A stretch of 64,000 nt of DNA, from assembly GCA_017397005.1 (NCBI GenBank), contig JAFQKJ010000140.1, positions 7,027-71,026 of the forward strand, given 5' to 3'. Of the stretch, positions 29,545 to 37,185 are shown piece after piece (position 1 is the stretch's first letter; every line of letters begins with the position of its first letter). Made by a program: the position numbers and the translations under genes. The notes beneath the pieces are model-generated. The model was not told the DNA's origin. It saw nothing but the letters and a program-made list of their open reading frames with translations, and searched no databases. Source of the DNA: Bacillota bacterium. GTDB lineage: Bacteria; Bacillota; Clostridia; Peptostreptococcales; Anaerovoracaceae.

Positions 29545-29625
29545 TTGAGATGAAAGATACGCAAGTCACAAGTGTTTGTATTTTTTGACCTACAGCCGTA
29601 TCTTCAGGATGCGGCTTTTATAATT
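29545..29625 (+). promoter_or_regulatory. leader 2: paralogous box plus antiterminator/terminator switch
   Basis: The box is TTGAGATGAAAGATACGCAA (29545-29564). AGAUACG (29555-29561) can pair with CGUAUCU (29597-29603). The alternative is the terminator GCCGUAUC-UUCAG-GAUGCGGC (29595-29615) plus UUUUAUAAUU, which lies just before the ATG at 29637. Confidence 0.6.
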
Positions 29626-29636
29626 GGAGAAACACT

Positions 29637-30665
29637 ATGAAAGATAATATGGCCGCCTCACGAGGCAAACTTAAAAAAATAGAATTTTTGGTGCTGGTGC
29701 TCTTTCCTATAGTCTGTGTCCTGTTTGCACTGTCTGTAGGAAGATTCTCCGTACCTGTAACAGAAATTTTCCATTCTATACTTAATAAATTTTCATTTGA
29801 TTTTGAACTTTCAGGTCAGACAGAACTTGTCCTGTGGACCATGAGATTCCCCAGGATCCTTATGGCTCTCCTCGTAGGAGCGGGACTTTCTGTTGCAGGC
29901 TGCATTTTCCAAAGCCTGTTTTCAAATCCTCTGGCATCCCCAGACACGCTGGGAGTGGCATCCGGATCAAGCTTCGGCGCCGCACTGGCACTGCTCCTCG
30001 GTGCAAACCTTATACTGGTTCAAGCCTCAGCCTTGATTTTCGGACTCTGCGCCATGGCCCTGACCTGGATCTCAGGAAGCGGGAGAAACAGCAATAAAGT
30101 ATCTATAGTCTTAGCCGGCATCGTTATCGGCTCACTCTTCTCCGCTTTGGTCTCCCTTGTTAAATTTTCCGCAGATACCGAATCAGAGCTTCCTTCCATA
30201 ACCTACTGGCTCATGGGAAGTCTCAGCTCTGCCGGATACAACACCATAGCACTTGGATGCCCTCTCATCATTTTAGGCATACTCATCCTTTTCCTTTTAA
30301 GATGGAGACTTAATTCTCTTCCATTATCTGACGACGAAGCCTCCTCTCTTGGAATAAACGTAAAAGGGCTAAGGATAGTCTGCATCCTCTGTGCTTCAGC
30401 TATAACCGCTGCATCGGTTTCAATGTGCGGACCCGTAGGCTGGATAGGTCTTCTCATCCCTCATATCTGCAGGATGAGATTCGGCAGCAGCCACGTATCG
30501 CTTCTGCCGGCTTCAGTTCTGGCAGGCAGCGGATTTATGGTACTGGTGGACACAGCTGCAAGAAGCATCTCTCCTTCAGAGATACCGGTATCCATTCTTA
30601 CAGCCATCCTTGGCGCACCATTCTTCATAATCCTCATGAAAAAGAGCGGGGGGTGGAATTTATGA
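29637..30665 (+). CDS. FecCD/BtuC-family ABC transporter permease
   Basis: 342-aa polytopic ORF. RFPRILMALLVGAGLSVAGCIFQSLFSNPLASPDTLGV is the typical FecCD signature. Confidence 0.88.
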   Translation: MKDNMAASRGKLKKIEFLVLVLFPIVCVLFALSVGRFSVPVTEIFHSILNKFSFDFELSGQTELVLWTMRFPRILMALLVGAGLSVAGCIFQSLFSNPLASPDTLGVASGSSFGAALALLLGANLILVQASALIFGLCAMALTWISGSGRNSNKVSIVLAGIVIGSLFSALVSLVKFSADTESELPSITYWLMGSLSSAGYNTIALGCPLIILGILILFLLRWRLNSLPLSDDEASSLGINVKGLRIVCILCASAITAASVSMCGPVGWIGLLIPHICRMRFGSSHVSLLPASVLAGSGFMVLVDTAARSISPSEIPVSILTAILGAPFFIILMKKSGGWNL

Positions 30666-31741
30666 TAATAAAAGTTGAAAACGGCTGTTTTACATATAAG
30701 CACGGCAGGCGTCAGGTCCTGGACAATATAAACTTCGAAGCATCTGCCGGAGATGTAGTGGCTATTCTAGGCCCTAACGGTGCAGGAAAGACCACACTTC
30801 TACGCTGCACTATGGGTTTCCTTAAATGGAGCAGCGGAAGAAGCCTCTTAGAAAGCAAAGATTTCAGAAACCTTCCGGGAAAAGAGCTTTGGAAGACCCT
30901 TTCCTACGTTCCTCAAGCCAAACAGGTCTCTTCGGCATATACTGTCAGAGAAATGGTCCTTCTTGGAAGAAGTGTAGAGATAGGTGTTTTTTCTCTCCCT
31001 TCAAAAGAAGATGTCAGAAAAGCCGACGCTGTGATAGAAAAATTAGGGTTGTCCAGGATCGCTGATTCAAAATGTTCCGAGATCAGCGGCGGAGAGCTCC
31101 AAATGGTCCTCATAGCAAGAGCTCTCGTATCAGAACCGAAGGTCCTGATACTGGACGAGCCCGAATCAAATCTCGACTTCAAAAATCAGCTTTTGGTCCT
31201 GGATACCATAACAGAACTTGCGGCGTCGGGCGTGTGCTGTATTTTCAACACACATTATCCTTCCCATGCCCTCAGAAGAGCAAACAAGACATTGATGCTT
31301 TCTCCAGGCGGCAGTCATCTTTTCGGGAATACCAGAGATATCATCACAGAAGAAAATATAGAAAAAGTATTCGGAGTTCATGCTGTTATCGGAGACATTG
31401 AATCAGAAGAAAAGATCTTCCAGGATGTAGTGGCAGTAGGTATAAAAGCAGACTCTGATCAAACTCAGACAAAAGGATCCTCTGGCTCCGCAGTAGCTAC
31501 AGTATCCATCATTGTCTCGGATACGTCCATAGTTACAGATGTGAACAGCATCCTTCATAGATATTCTAAATACATAATCGGCCGAATGGGCATGCCGTAT
31601 AAAAAAGCCGGCTTTAATATGATAAACATTTTCCTGGATGCTCCTGTAACGGAGATCCGGGCACTTACAGACAAGCTCAATCTCCTGCCGGAGATCAGCG
31701 TAAAAACCACTTATGGAAAGGAGCTGAATCAGCATAGATAA
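30662..31741 (+). CDS. ABC transporter ATP-binding protein fused to a C-terminal TM1266/ACT-like domain
   Basis: The true start is the ATG at 30662 (MIIKVENG), in an ATGA overlap with the permease stop. The track ORF from 30425 is an out-of-context extension. It has Walker A GPNGAGKTT, the signature ISGGELQ and Walker B LILDEP. The last ~85 aa (VSIIVSD...YIIGRMGMPYKKAGFNMINIFLDAP...LPEISVKTTY) align with the 82-aa protein. Confidence 0.85.
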   Translation: MIIKVENGCFTYKHGRRQVLDNINFEASAGDVVAILGPNGAGKTTLLRCTMGFLKWSSGRSLLESKDFRNLPGKELWKTLSYVPQAKQVSSAYTVREMVLLGRSVEIGVFSLPSKEDVRKADAVIEKLGLSRIADSKCSEISGGELQMVLIARALVSEPKVLILDEPESNLDFKNQLLVLDTITELAASGVCCIFNTHYPSHALRRANKTLMLSPGGSHLFGNTRDIITEENIEKVFGVHAVIGDIESEEKIFQDVVAVGIKADSDQTQTKGSSGSAVATVSIIVSDTSIVTDVNSILHRYSKYIIGRMGMPYKKAGFNMINIFLDAPVTEIRALTDKLNLLPEISVKTTYGKELNQHR

Positions 31742-31751
31742 GACAAATAAG

Positions 31752-32789
31752 ATTCGAATAGACATTTTAAATGAAACAAAACAGCTATCCTTTGAAGACT
31801 GGAACCATCTCCTGTCCACATGGACAGAACATGACTTTGACTATTCCTGCAGTCTTGCCAGATCGTCAGCGCTAAACACCTTTGGAAACAAAGTATTCTT
31901 CAGAGGGATAATCGAGTTTACTAATATATGCAAAAATGACTGCCTGTACTGCGGTATCAGAAAGTCCAACAATAACGTTGTCCGCTACAGACTTTCAAAA
32001 GAAGAAATAATGATATGCTGTGCCGAAGGGTACGAGCTGGGCTACAGGACCTTTGTTCTACAAGGAGGAGAAGATCCCTATTACAATGACGATGTCATGG
32101 AAGATATCGTTATGGAGATCCGCAGGACCCACCCTGACTGCGCTATCACACTGTCTCTGGGAGAAAGAAGTAAAGACTCTTACCAAAGACTTTATGATGC
32201 AGGAGCTGACAGGTATCTTCTTAGGCACGAAACAGCAGACTCCTGTCACTATTCACAGCTTCATCCTAAGGAAATGTCCCTTGAAACAAGACTTAACTGC
32301 TTAAATGACCTTAAAGAAATCGGCTATCAGACCGGCTGCGGCATGATGGTAGGCTCTCCTTTCCAGACAACGGAGCTTTTAGCAAAAGATATGATGTTTT
32401 TAAGCAAGTTCAAACCCCATATGGTAGGCATGGGCCCGTTTATTCCTCACGGAGCCACTCCTTTCAAGGATCATCCGGCAGGAAGCCCGGAACTCACGCT
32501 CTTCCTTTTGAGCCTTGTGCGCATAATGCTGCCTGACGTGCTTCTGCCTGCCACCACAGCTTTAGGCTCCCTGCAGGATAACGGGCGTTTAAGAGGTCTT
32601 CTTGCGGGCTGCAACGTAATAATGCCAAACCTGTCTCCTATGTCCATCAGAAAAAAATACCTTCTGTATGACAATAAAGCAGGAGTAGATACTGACGCAA
32701 GAGAAAGTCTCAGGATGTTAAAAGAACAGGTCAAAGAAATCGGCTACGAAATGTCCTCTGAAAGAGGCGACTATAAAGAGAGGTATTGA
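31752..32789 (+). CDS. HydE-family radical SAM enzyme (start codon unresolved)
   Basis: The frame is open from 31728. Translation gives ...[13 protein letters not shown]...[22 protein letters not shown] (CX3CX2C), then [34 protein letters not shown]-like [19 protein letters not shown] and CNVIMPN. These follow the T. maritima HydE sequence as I remember it. The first in-frame ATG, at 32010, is downstream of the radical SAM motif. The 5' end at 31752 assumes an ATT start; see findings. Confidence 0.75.
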   Translation: MRIDILNETKQLSFEDWNHLLSTWTEHDFDYSCSLARSSALNTFGNKVFFRGIIEFTNICKNDCLYCGIRKSNNNVVRYRLSKEEIMICCAEGYELGYRTFVLQGGEDPYYNDDVMEDIVMEIRRTHPDCAITLSLGERSKDSYQRLYDAGADRYLLRHETADSCHYSQLHPKEMSLETRLNCLNDLKEIGYQTGCGMMVGSPFQTTELLAKDMMFLSKFKPHMVGMGPFIPHGATPFKDHPAGSPELTLFLLSLVRIMLPDVLLPATTALGSLQDNGRLRGLLAGCNVIMPNLSPMSIRKKYLLYDNKAGVDTDARESLRMLKEQVKEIGYEMSSERGDYKERY

Positions 32790-32790
32790 T

Positions 32791-33546
32791 ATGATAAAAA
32801 TAGCTATTTACGGGAAAGGCGGTATAGGCAAGTCCACTACCGTATCAAATCTGTCTGCTGCAATGGCAGACAAAGGTTTTAAAGTTCTTCAAATAGGCTG
32901 CGACCCTAAGGCAGATTCCACCTTCACTCTTCATGGCAAAGAGTCAGTGAAAACAGTACTGGATCTTGTAAAAGAAAGAAAAGACGGTTTTGAACTGGAA
33001 GACATGGTGACCATAGGCTACAAAGGAGTTGTCTGTGTAGAAGCTGGCGGCCCTACTCCTGGAGTAGGCTGTGCCGGCAGAGGTATAATGGCGGCCTTGG
33101 AAAAGCTTGAACAGAAAGGGGCTTATGAAAAATATCAGCCTGATATCGTATTTTACGATGTTCTTGGGGATGTTGTCTGCGGAGGTTTTTCAATGCCTAT
33201 GAGAGGCGGATATGCAGAAAAGGTATTTATCATAACTTCAGGAGAAAACATGGCAAGACATGCAGCTGCTAACATAGCTATGGCCATAGATAACTTCAAA
33301 AACAGAGGGTATGCAGCTTTGGGCGGTCTTATCCTCAACAAAAGAAACGTAAAAAATGAAGAAGAAAAAGTCCAGGAGCTGGCAGAGGATTTCAACACTT
33401 CTATCGTTGGGACCCTTTCAAGAAGTGAAACTGTGCAGGATGCAGAAGAACTGAATAAAACCGTTATAGAAGCCTTCCCTGACAGCCCAATGGCAGAAGA
33501 ATACAGAAAGCTGGCAGACACTATTCTGGGAATTTGTGAGGTGTGA
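32791..33546 (+). CDS. NifH/BchL/CfbC-family ATPase (nitrogenase iron-protein-like)
   Basis: 251-aa ORF with Walker [11 protein letters not shown], switch [10 protein letters not shown], and cluster cysteines in GVGCAGRGI and [14 protein letters not shown]. Confidence 0.9.
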   Translation: MIKIAIYGKGGIGKSTTVSNLSAAMADKGFKVLQIGCDPKADSTFTLHGKESVKTVLDLVKERKDGFELEDMVTIGYKGVVCVEAGGPTPGVGCAGRGIMAALEKLEQKGAYEKYQPDIVFYDVLGDVVCGGFSMPMRGGYAEKVFIITSGENMARHAAANIAMAIDNFKNRGYAALGGLILNKRNVKNEEEKVQELAEDFNTSIVGTLSRSETVQDAEELNKTVIEAFPDSPMAEEYRKLADTILGICEV

Positions 33547-33548
33547 TC

Positions 33549-34877
33549 ATGTTAAAAAGATTATTCGATCCTAATGACACCACCGGTGCTGCAGTTAAAA
33601 TCGCAGAAGCAAATTTTCCGGCCCCCTTTGTTTCGGGTCTGGAATACGGTGCTCCTGCAAGAGGCACTTGGAACATAGTTCATACAGGCATGCTGATCCC
33701 AGATGCACACCAGGTATTCGTCTGCGCCTCCAATTGTCTCAGAGGAGTAGTTTTAACAGCAGCAGAAATGAATGCCTCCCATAGATTTTCAACAGTTACC
33801 ATAAAAGAAAATAATGTGCTTGAAGGGGATATGGAAGACCTCATCATAGAAGGAGTAAGCGATATTATAAATAAGCTTGCGAAAAGGCCTCCGGCAGTTC
33901 TGGTTTACACCAGCTGCATACACCACTTTATCGGATGCGATCTTTCTTTATGCTACAAAGAACTGAGAAAAAGATTTCCGGATATAGCTTTTACCGACTG
34001 TTACATGAACCCTATCATGAGAAAAAGCGGTCTGACTCCGGACCAGATAATGAGAAGACAGCTTTACAGTATACTTGAGCCTAAAACTATAAATCCAAAA
34101 AGCATTAACATCATAGGCAACAACTACGCTACTGACGGCGACAGCGACATAGTAAGACTTATCCGAAAAGGCGGATATTCTCTTAAAGAGGTCCCTCTGT
34201 GCAATACATATGAAGAATATCAGCAGATGGCAGAAAGCTTTCTTAACATTTCGTATAATCCTGCGGCTTTAGCAGGAGGAGAATATCTCAAAAATACCCT
34301 TGGCCAGCAGCATATATACCTGCCTCTCTCCTATAACAAAGACGAGATCAGGAACGCCATGAAAAAATTGAGCGAGGTATTGGGCATAGAATACAAAGAA
34401 GATAAAGAAGATGAAAGAAAAGCGGATTATGCTTTGAGCAAAGCTCTGGAAATCATTGGAGATGCTCCAATAACTATAGACTATACTGCCACCACCAGAC
34501 CGCTTAGTCTGGCAAGGCTCCTTATCGAAAAAGGATTCAACGTAGAAAGAGTTTATGCAGACTCCTTCTCAAAGGATGACCATCCGGATTTTCTGTGGCT
34601 TAGAGAAAACAGCCCTGATTTGGATATCTACGCAACAGTGCATGTAAAACTGAGAGTCCTGCCTAGAAACTATGAACAAAAAACTCTGGCCATAGGTCAA
34701 AAAGCAGCATATTTTACCGGTACAGCAAACTTTGTAAACATCGTGGAAGGCGGCGGATACTACGGTTTCAGCGGCATAGAAAAACTGGCAAAACTTATGG
34801 TCGAAGCTTTTATTGAAGAAAAAGATACCCGCTGTTTAATACAGCAAAAAGGATTGGGGTGTGAAAGCTGCATATGA
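33549..34877 (+). CDS. nitrogenase component 1-type oxidoreductase, D/E/N-like subunit
   Basis: About 442 aa. The ATG at 33549 has GAGGTG 6 nt upstream; the track uses the GTG at 33543, which overlaps the nifH-like stop. VYTSCIHHFIGCD resembles the V-STC---IGDD motif of NifD/E. Cys also occurs in FVCASNC. The terminal motif is CX8CX2C. Confidence 0.7.
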   Translation: MLKRLFDPNDTTGAAVKIAEANFPAPFVSGLEYGAPARGTWNIVHTGMLIPDAHQVFVCASNCLRGVVLTAAEMNASHRFSTVTIKENNVLEGDMEDLIIEGVSDIINKLAKRPPAVLVYTSCIHHFIGCDLSLCYKELRKRFPDIAFTDCYMNPIMRKSGLTPDQIMRRQLYSILEPKTINPKSINIIGNNYATDGDSDIVRLIRKGGYSLKEVPLCNTYEEYQQMAESFLNISYNPAALAGGEYLKNTLGQQHIYLPLSYNKDEIRNAMKKLSEVLGIEYKEDKEDERKADYALSKALEIIGDAPITIDYTATTRPLSLARLLIEKGFNVERVYADSFSKDDHPDFLWLRENSPDLDIYATVHVKLRVLPRNYEQKTLAIGQKAAYFTGTANFVNIVEGGGYYGFSGIEKLAKLMVEAFIEEKDTRCLIQQKGLGCESCI

Positions 34878-36031
34878 AACAGACACAGGCATTTTTATCA
34901 ACATACACAGCGGATGTTTCCGGAGTATGCTCGGCCCTCTTTGAACTGGGAGGCATGACAGTCATGCACGACCCTTCCGGTTGTAACTCTACATATAATA
35001 CCCACGATGAACCAAGATGGTATGACACAGACAGCCTTGTATTTATCTCCGCACTGTCTGAGATCGAAGCCATAATGGGAGATGATCAGAAGATCATAGA
35101 CGATATAATAGATGCGGCAAATCAGCTCAAACCGGCGTTCATAGCCATTGCCGGCACACCTATCCCTATGATGATCGGCACAGATTTTGATGCTATTGCT
35201 TTAGAAATAGAGGATGCCACCGGCATACCGACTATGCCATTTCCTACAAATGGTATGCATTCCTACATAAGCGGAGCGGGTATGGCTCTTGCAGGATATG
35301 CAAAACGTATGTTAAAGGACAGCCCGGAAGAAGTCCTGCCAAGGTCAATGAATATACTTGGGGCCACCCCTTTAGATTTTTCAGTAAACGGCTCTGTAGC
35401 TTCCATGAAAGAATTCTTTGAAGAAAATGGCTGGAATGTCCTTAGCACCTGGTCTATGGGCTCTTCCCCTGAAGATCTTGCAAAATCCGGAAAAGCGGAA
35501 GTCAACTTAGTAATATCATCCGTTGGTCTTGAAACCGCTAAATTCCTTAAAAACAAATACGGTACACCTTATGTTACAGGCACGCCCTGCGGGGAAAAAT
35601 TTAATGAGTTTATCCTGAAAGCTTTAGAAAAAGCTGCAGGCTCAAAGGATGAAACAACAGCTTTTCCCGATATCCCTGAGGAGAATAGAAAACTTGTTAT
35701 ATTCGGAGAAAGCATAACCTCCCGCTCCCTTGCATCTGCTCTTTATCTCGAATACGGCATTTGTGCAAGAGTCATCTCACCAATAGAAACTCCGGATGGC
35801 ATCTTGTCAGGCTCTGATGCCTGTCTTTCTGAAGAAGATGACATAACAGAATCTTTAAAAGGCGTTAAAATGGTGATCGGAGATCCAATGTACAAGCCTC
35901 TAATTCCTGAAGGAGTAAAACACATACCTCTTCCTCACGAAGCCTATTCCGGCAGGATATTCAGAAGGGATATACCAAATTTGGTAAAAGATATTACTCA
36001 ATATTTTGAAAGGAGACTTCTCAATGAATAA
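34874..36031 (+). CDS. nitrogenase component 1-type oxidoreductase, K/N/B-like subunit
   Basis: 385-aa ORF in an ATGA overlap with the previous gene. DVSGVCSALFELGGMTVMHDPSGC resembles the NifK/N ACQPLGA...HGSQGC region. IAIAGTPIPMMIGTD resembles the TTC--E-IGDD region but lacks the Cys. Confidence 0.68.
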   Translation: MKQTQAFLSTYTADVSGVCSALFELGGMTVMHDPSGCNSTYNTHDEPRWYDTDSLVFISALSEIEAIMGDDQKIIDDIIDAANQLKPAFIAIAGTPIPMMIGTDFDAIALEIEDATGIPTMPFPTNGMHSYISGAGMALAGYAKRMLKDSPEEVLPRSMNILGATPLDFSVNGSVASMKEFFEENGWNVLSTWSMGSSPEDLAKSGKAEVNLVISSVGLETAKFLKNKYGTPYVTGTPCGEKFNEFILKALEKAAGSKDETTAFPDIPEENRKLVIFGESITSRSLASALYLEYGICARVISPIETPDGILSGSDACLSEEDDITESLKGVKMVIGDPMYKPLIPEGVKHIPLPHEAYSGRIFRRDIPNLVKDITQYFERRLLNE

Positions 36032-37148
36032 GTATTTTAAAAAGCTGGTTTGCTTTATAACGATTCTGGCTATGGTATTCACCCTTGCTGCCTGCGCAGG
36101 AGACGGCGGATCCGCTGAAAACACCGGCGATACAGTAACTGTAACAGACCACGCCGGATATGAAGTGACACTTCCTGTAAATCCTGAACGTATCGTAGTC
36201 TGTGACATAGTACCTCTTCCTTCTGTTCTTTCTGTATTCTTTGACTCGGCAGAAAAAATAGTAGGCATGACCCCGACCAGCATGAGTGCTGCAGAAAACG
36301 GACTTCTCAGTGAACTCTATCCAGAGATCCTGAATGCTGAAACAAGCTTTATCAACGGAACAGACGTAAATGTAGAAGAACTTCTTCTTTTAGACCCTGA
36401 TGTGGTTTTCTACAGTGCAGGAACTGCCGCCCTCGGCGATCTTCTCAGAGAATCCGGATTTAATGCAGTAGGCATTTCAGTTAATAAATGGGATTACGAC
36501 TGCATTGAAACTTTAGAAAACTGGATCTCCCTCATCTCTCAAATATTCCCGGACAACGACAAAACCGATGCTGTTGCCGAATACAGCAATAAGGTTTACG
36601 ATCTGGTTCAAAGCAGAGTAAAGGATATCCCAGAAGATGAAAAAGAAGAGATATTCTTCCTGTTTAAATACGGCGAAACAGATCTTATGACTTCCGGCAC
36701 GAATTTCTTCGGCCAATGGTGGGCTGAATCCATAGGGGCAATAAACGTTGCCGAAGAACTTACTCAGGAAAATCAAGTTTCTATCAATATGGAACAGGTA
36801 TATGCCTGGGATCCCGAAATGATTTTCATATCAAATTTCACATCTGCAATGCCAGAAGACCTTTATAACAACACTGTAGGCAACTATAACTGGAGCGGCA
36901 TCGAAGCCGTAGAAGAAAAAGAGGTATATAAAATGCCTCTGGGAATGTACAGAAGCTATACTCCTGGGGCTGATACCCCTATCACTCTCCTTTGGATGGC
37001 AAAGACTGTTTACCCTGAACTCTTTACAGATATAGATATAATCGAATACACTATCGACTACTACGAAACTGTTTTCGGTGTTACCCTTACAGAAGAACAG
37101 GCTGCATCTATATTCAGCCCGGCAAGAGAAGCTGCTGCAGGATTTTAA
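36024..37148 (+). CDS. BtuF/FecB-type (Peripla_BP_2-like) ABC substrate-binding lipoprotein
   Basis: The ATG at 36024 has AAAGGAGA upstream and overlaps the previous gene by 8 nt. It has a signal peptide with lipobox LAAC, then DPDVVFYS-type cluster-A binding-protein features. Confidence 0.8.
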   Translation: MNKYFKKLVCFITILAMVFTLAACAGDGGSAENTGDTVTVTDHAGYEVTLPVNPERIVVCDIVPLPSVLSVFFDSAEKIVGMTPTSMSAAENGLLSELYPEILNAETSFINGTDVNVEELLLLDPDVVFYSAGTAALGDLLRESGFNAVGISVNKWDYDCIETLENWISLISQIFPDNDKTDAVAEYSNKVYDLVQSRVKDIPEDEKEEIFFLFKYGETDLMTSGTNFFGQWWAESIGAINVAEELTQENQVSINMEQVYAWDPEMIFISNFTSAMPEDLYNNTVGNYNWSGIEAVEEKEVYKMPLGMYRSYTPGADTPITLLWMAKTVYPELFTDIDIIEYTIDYYETVFGVTLTEEQAASIFSPAREAAAGF

Positions 37149-37153
37149 ACGAA

Positions 37154-37182
37154 AAAAGGAGAAGTATCAAACTTCTCCTTTT
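37154..37182. terminator. bidirectional intrinsic terminator between convergent genes
   Basis: Perfect 12-bp stem AAAAGGAGAAGT-ATCAA-ACTTCTCCTTTT, with A/T runs on both sides. Confidence 0.8.
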
Positions 37183-37185
37183 GTT

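Noticed and set aside
30425-30661. N-terminal 79-codon extension of the ABC ATPase ORF in the track.
   Set aside because: It lies inside the permease gene in another frame. The ATPase homology begins at MIIKVENG (30662), in an ATGA coupling overlap.
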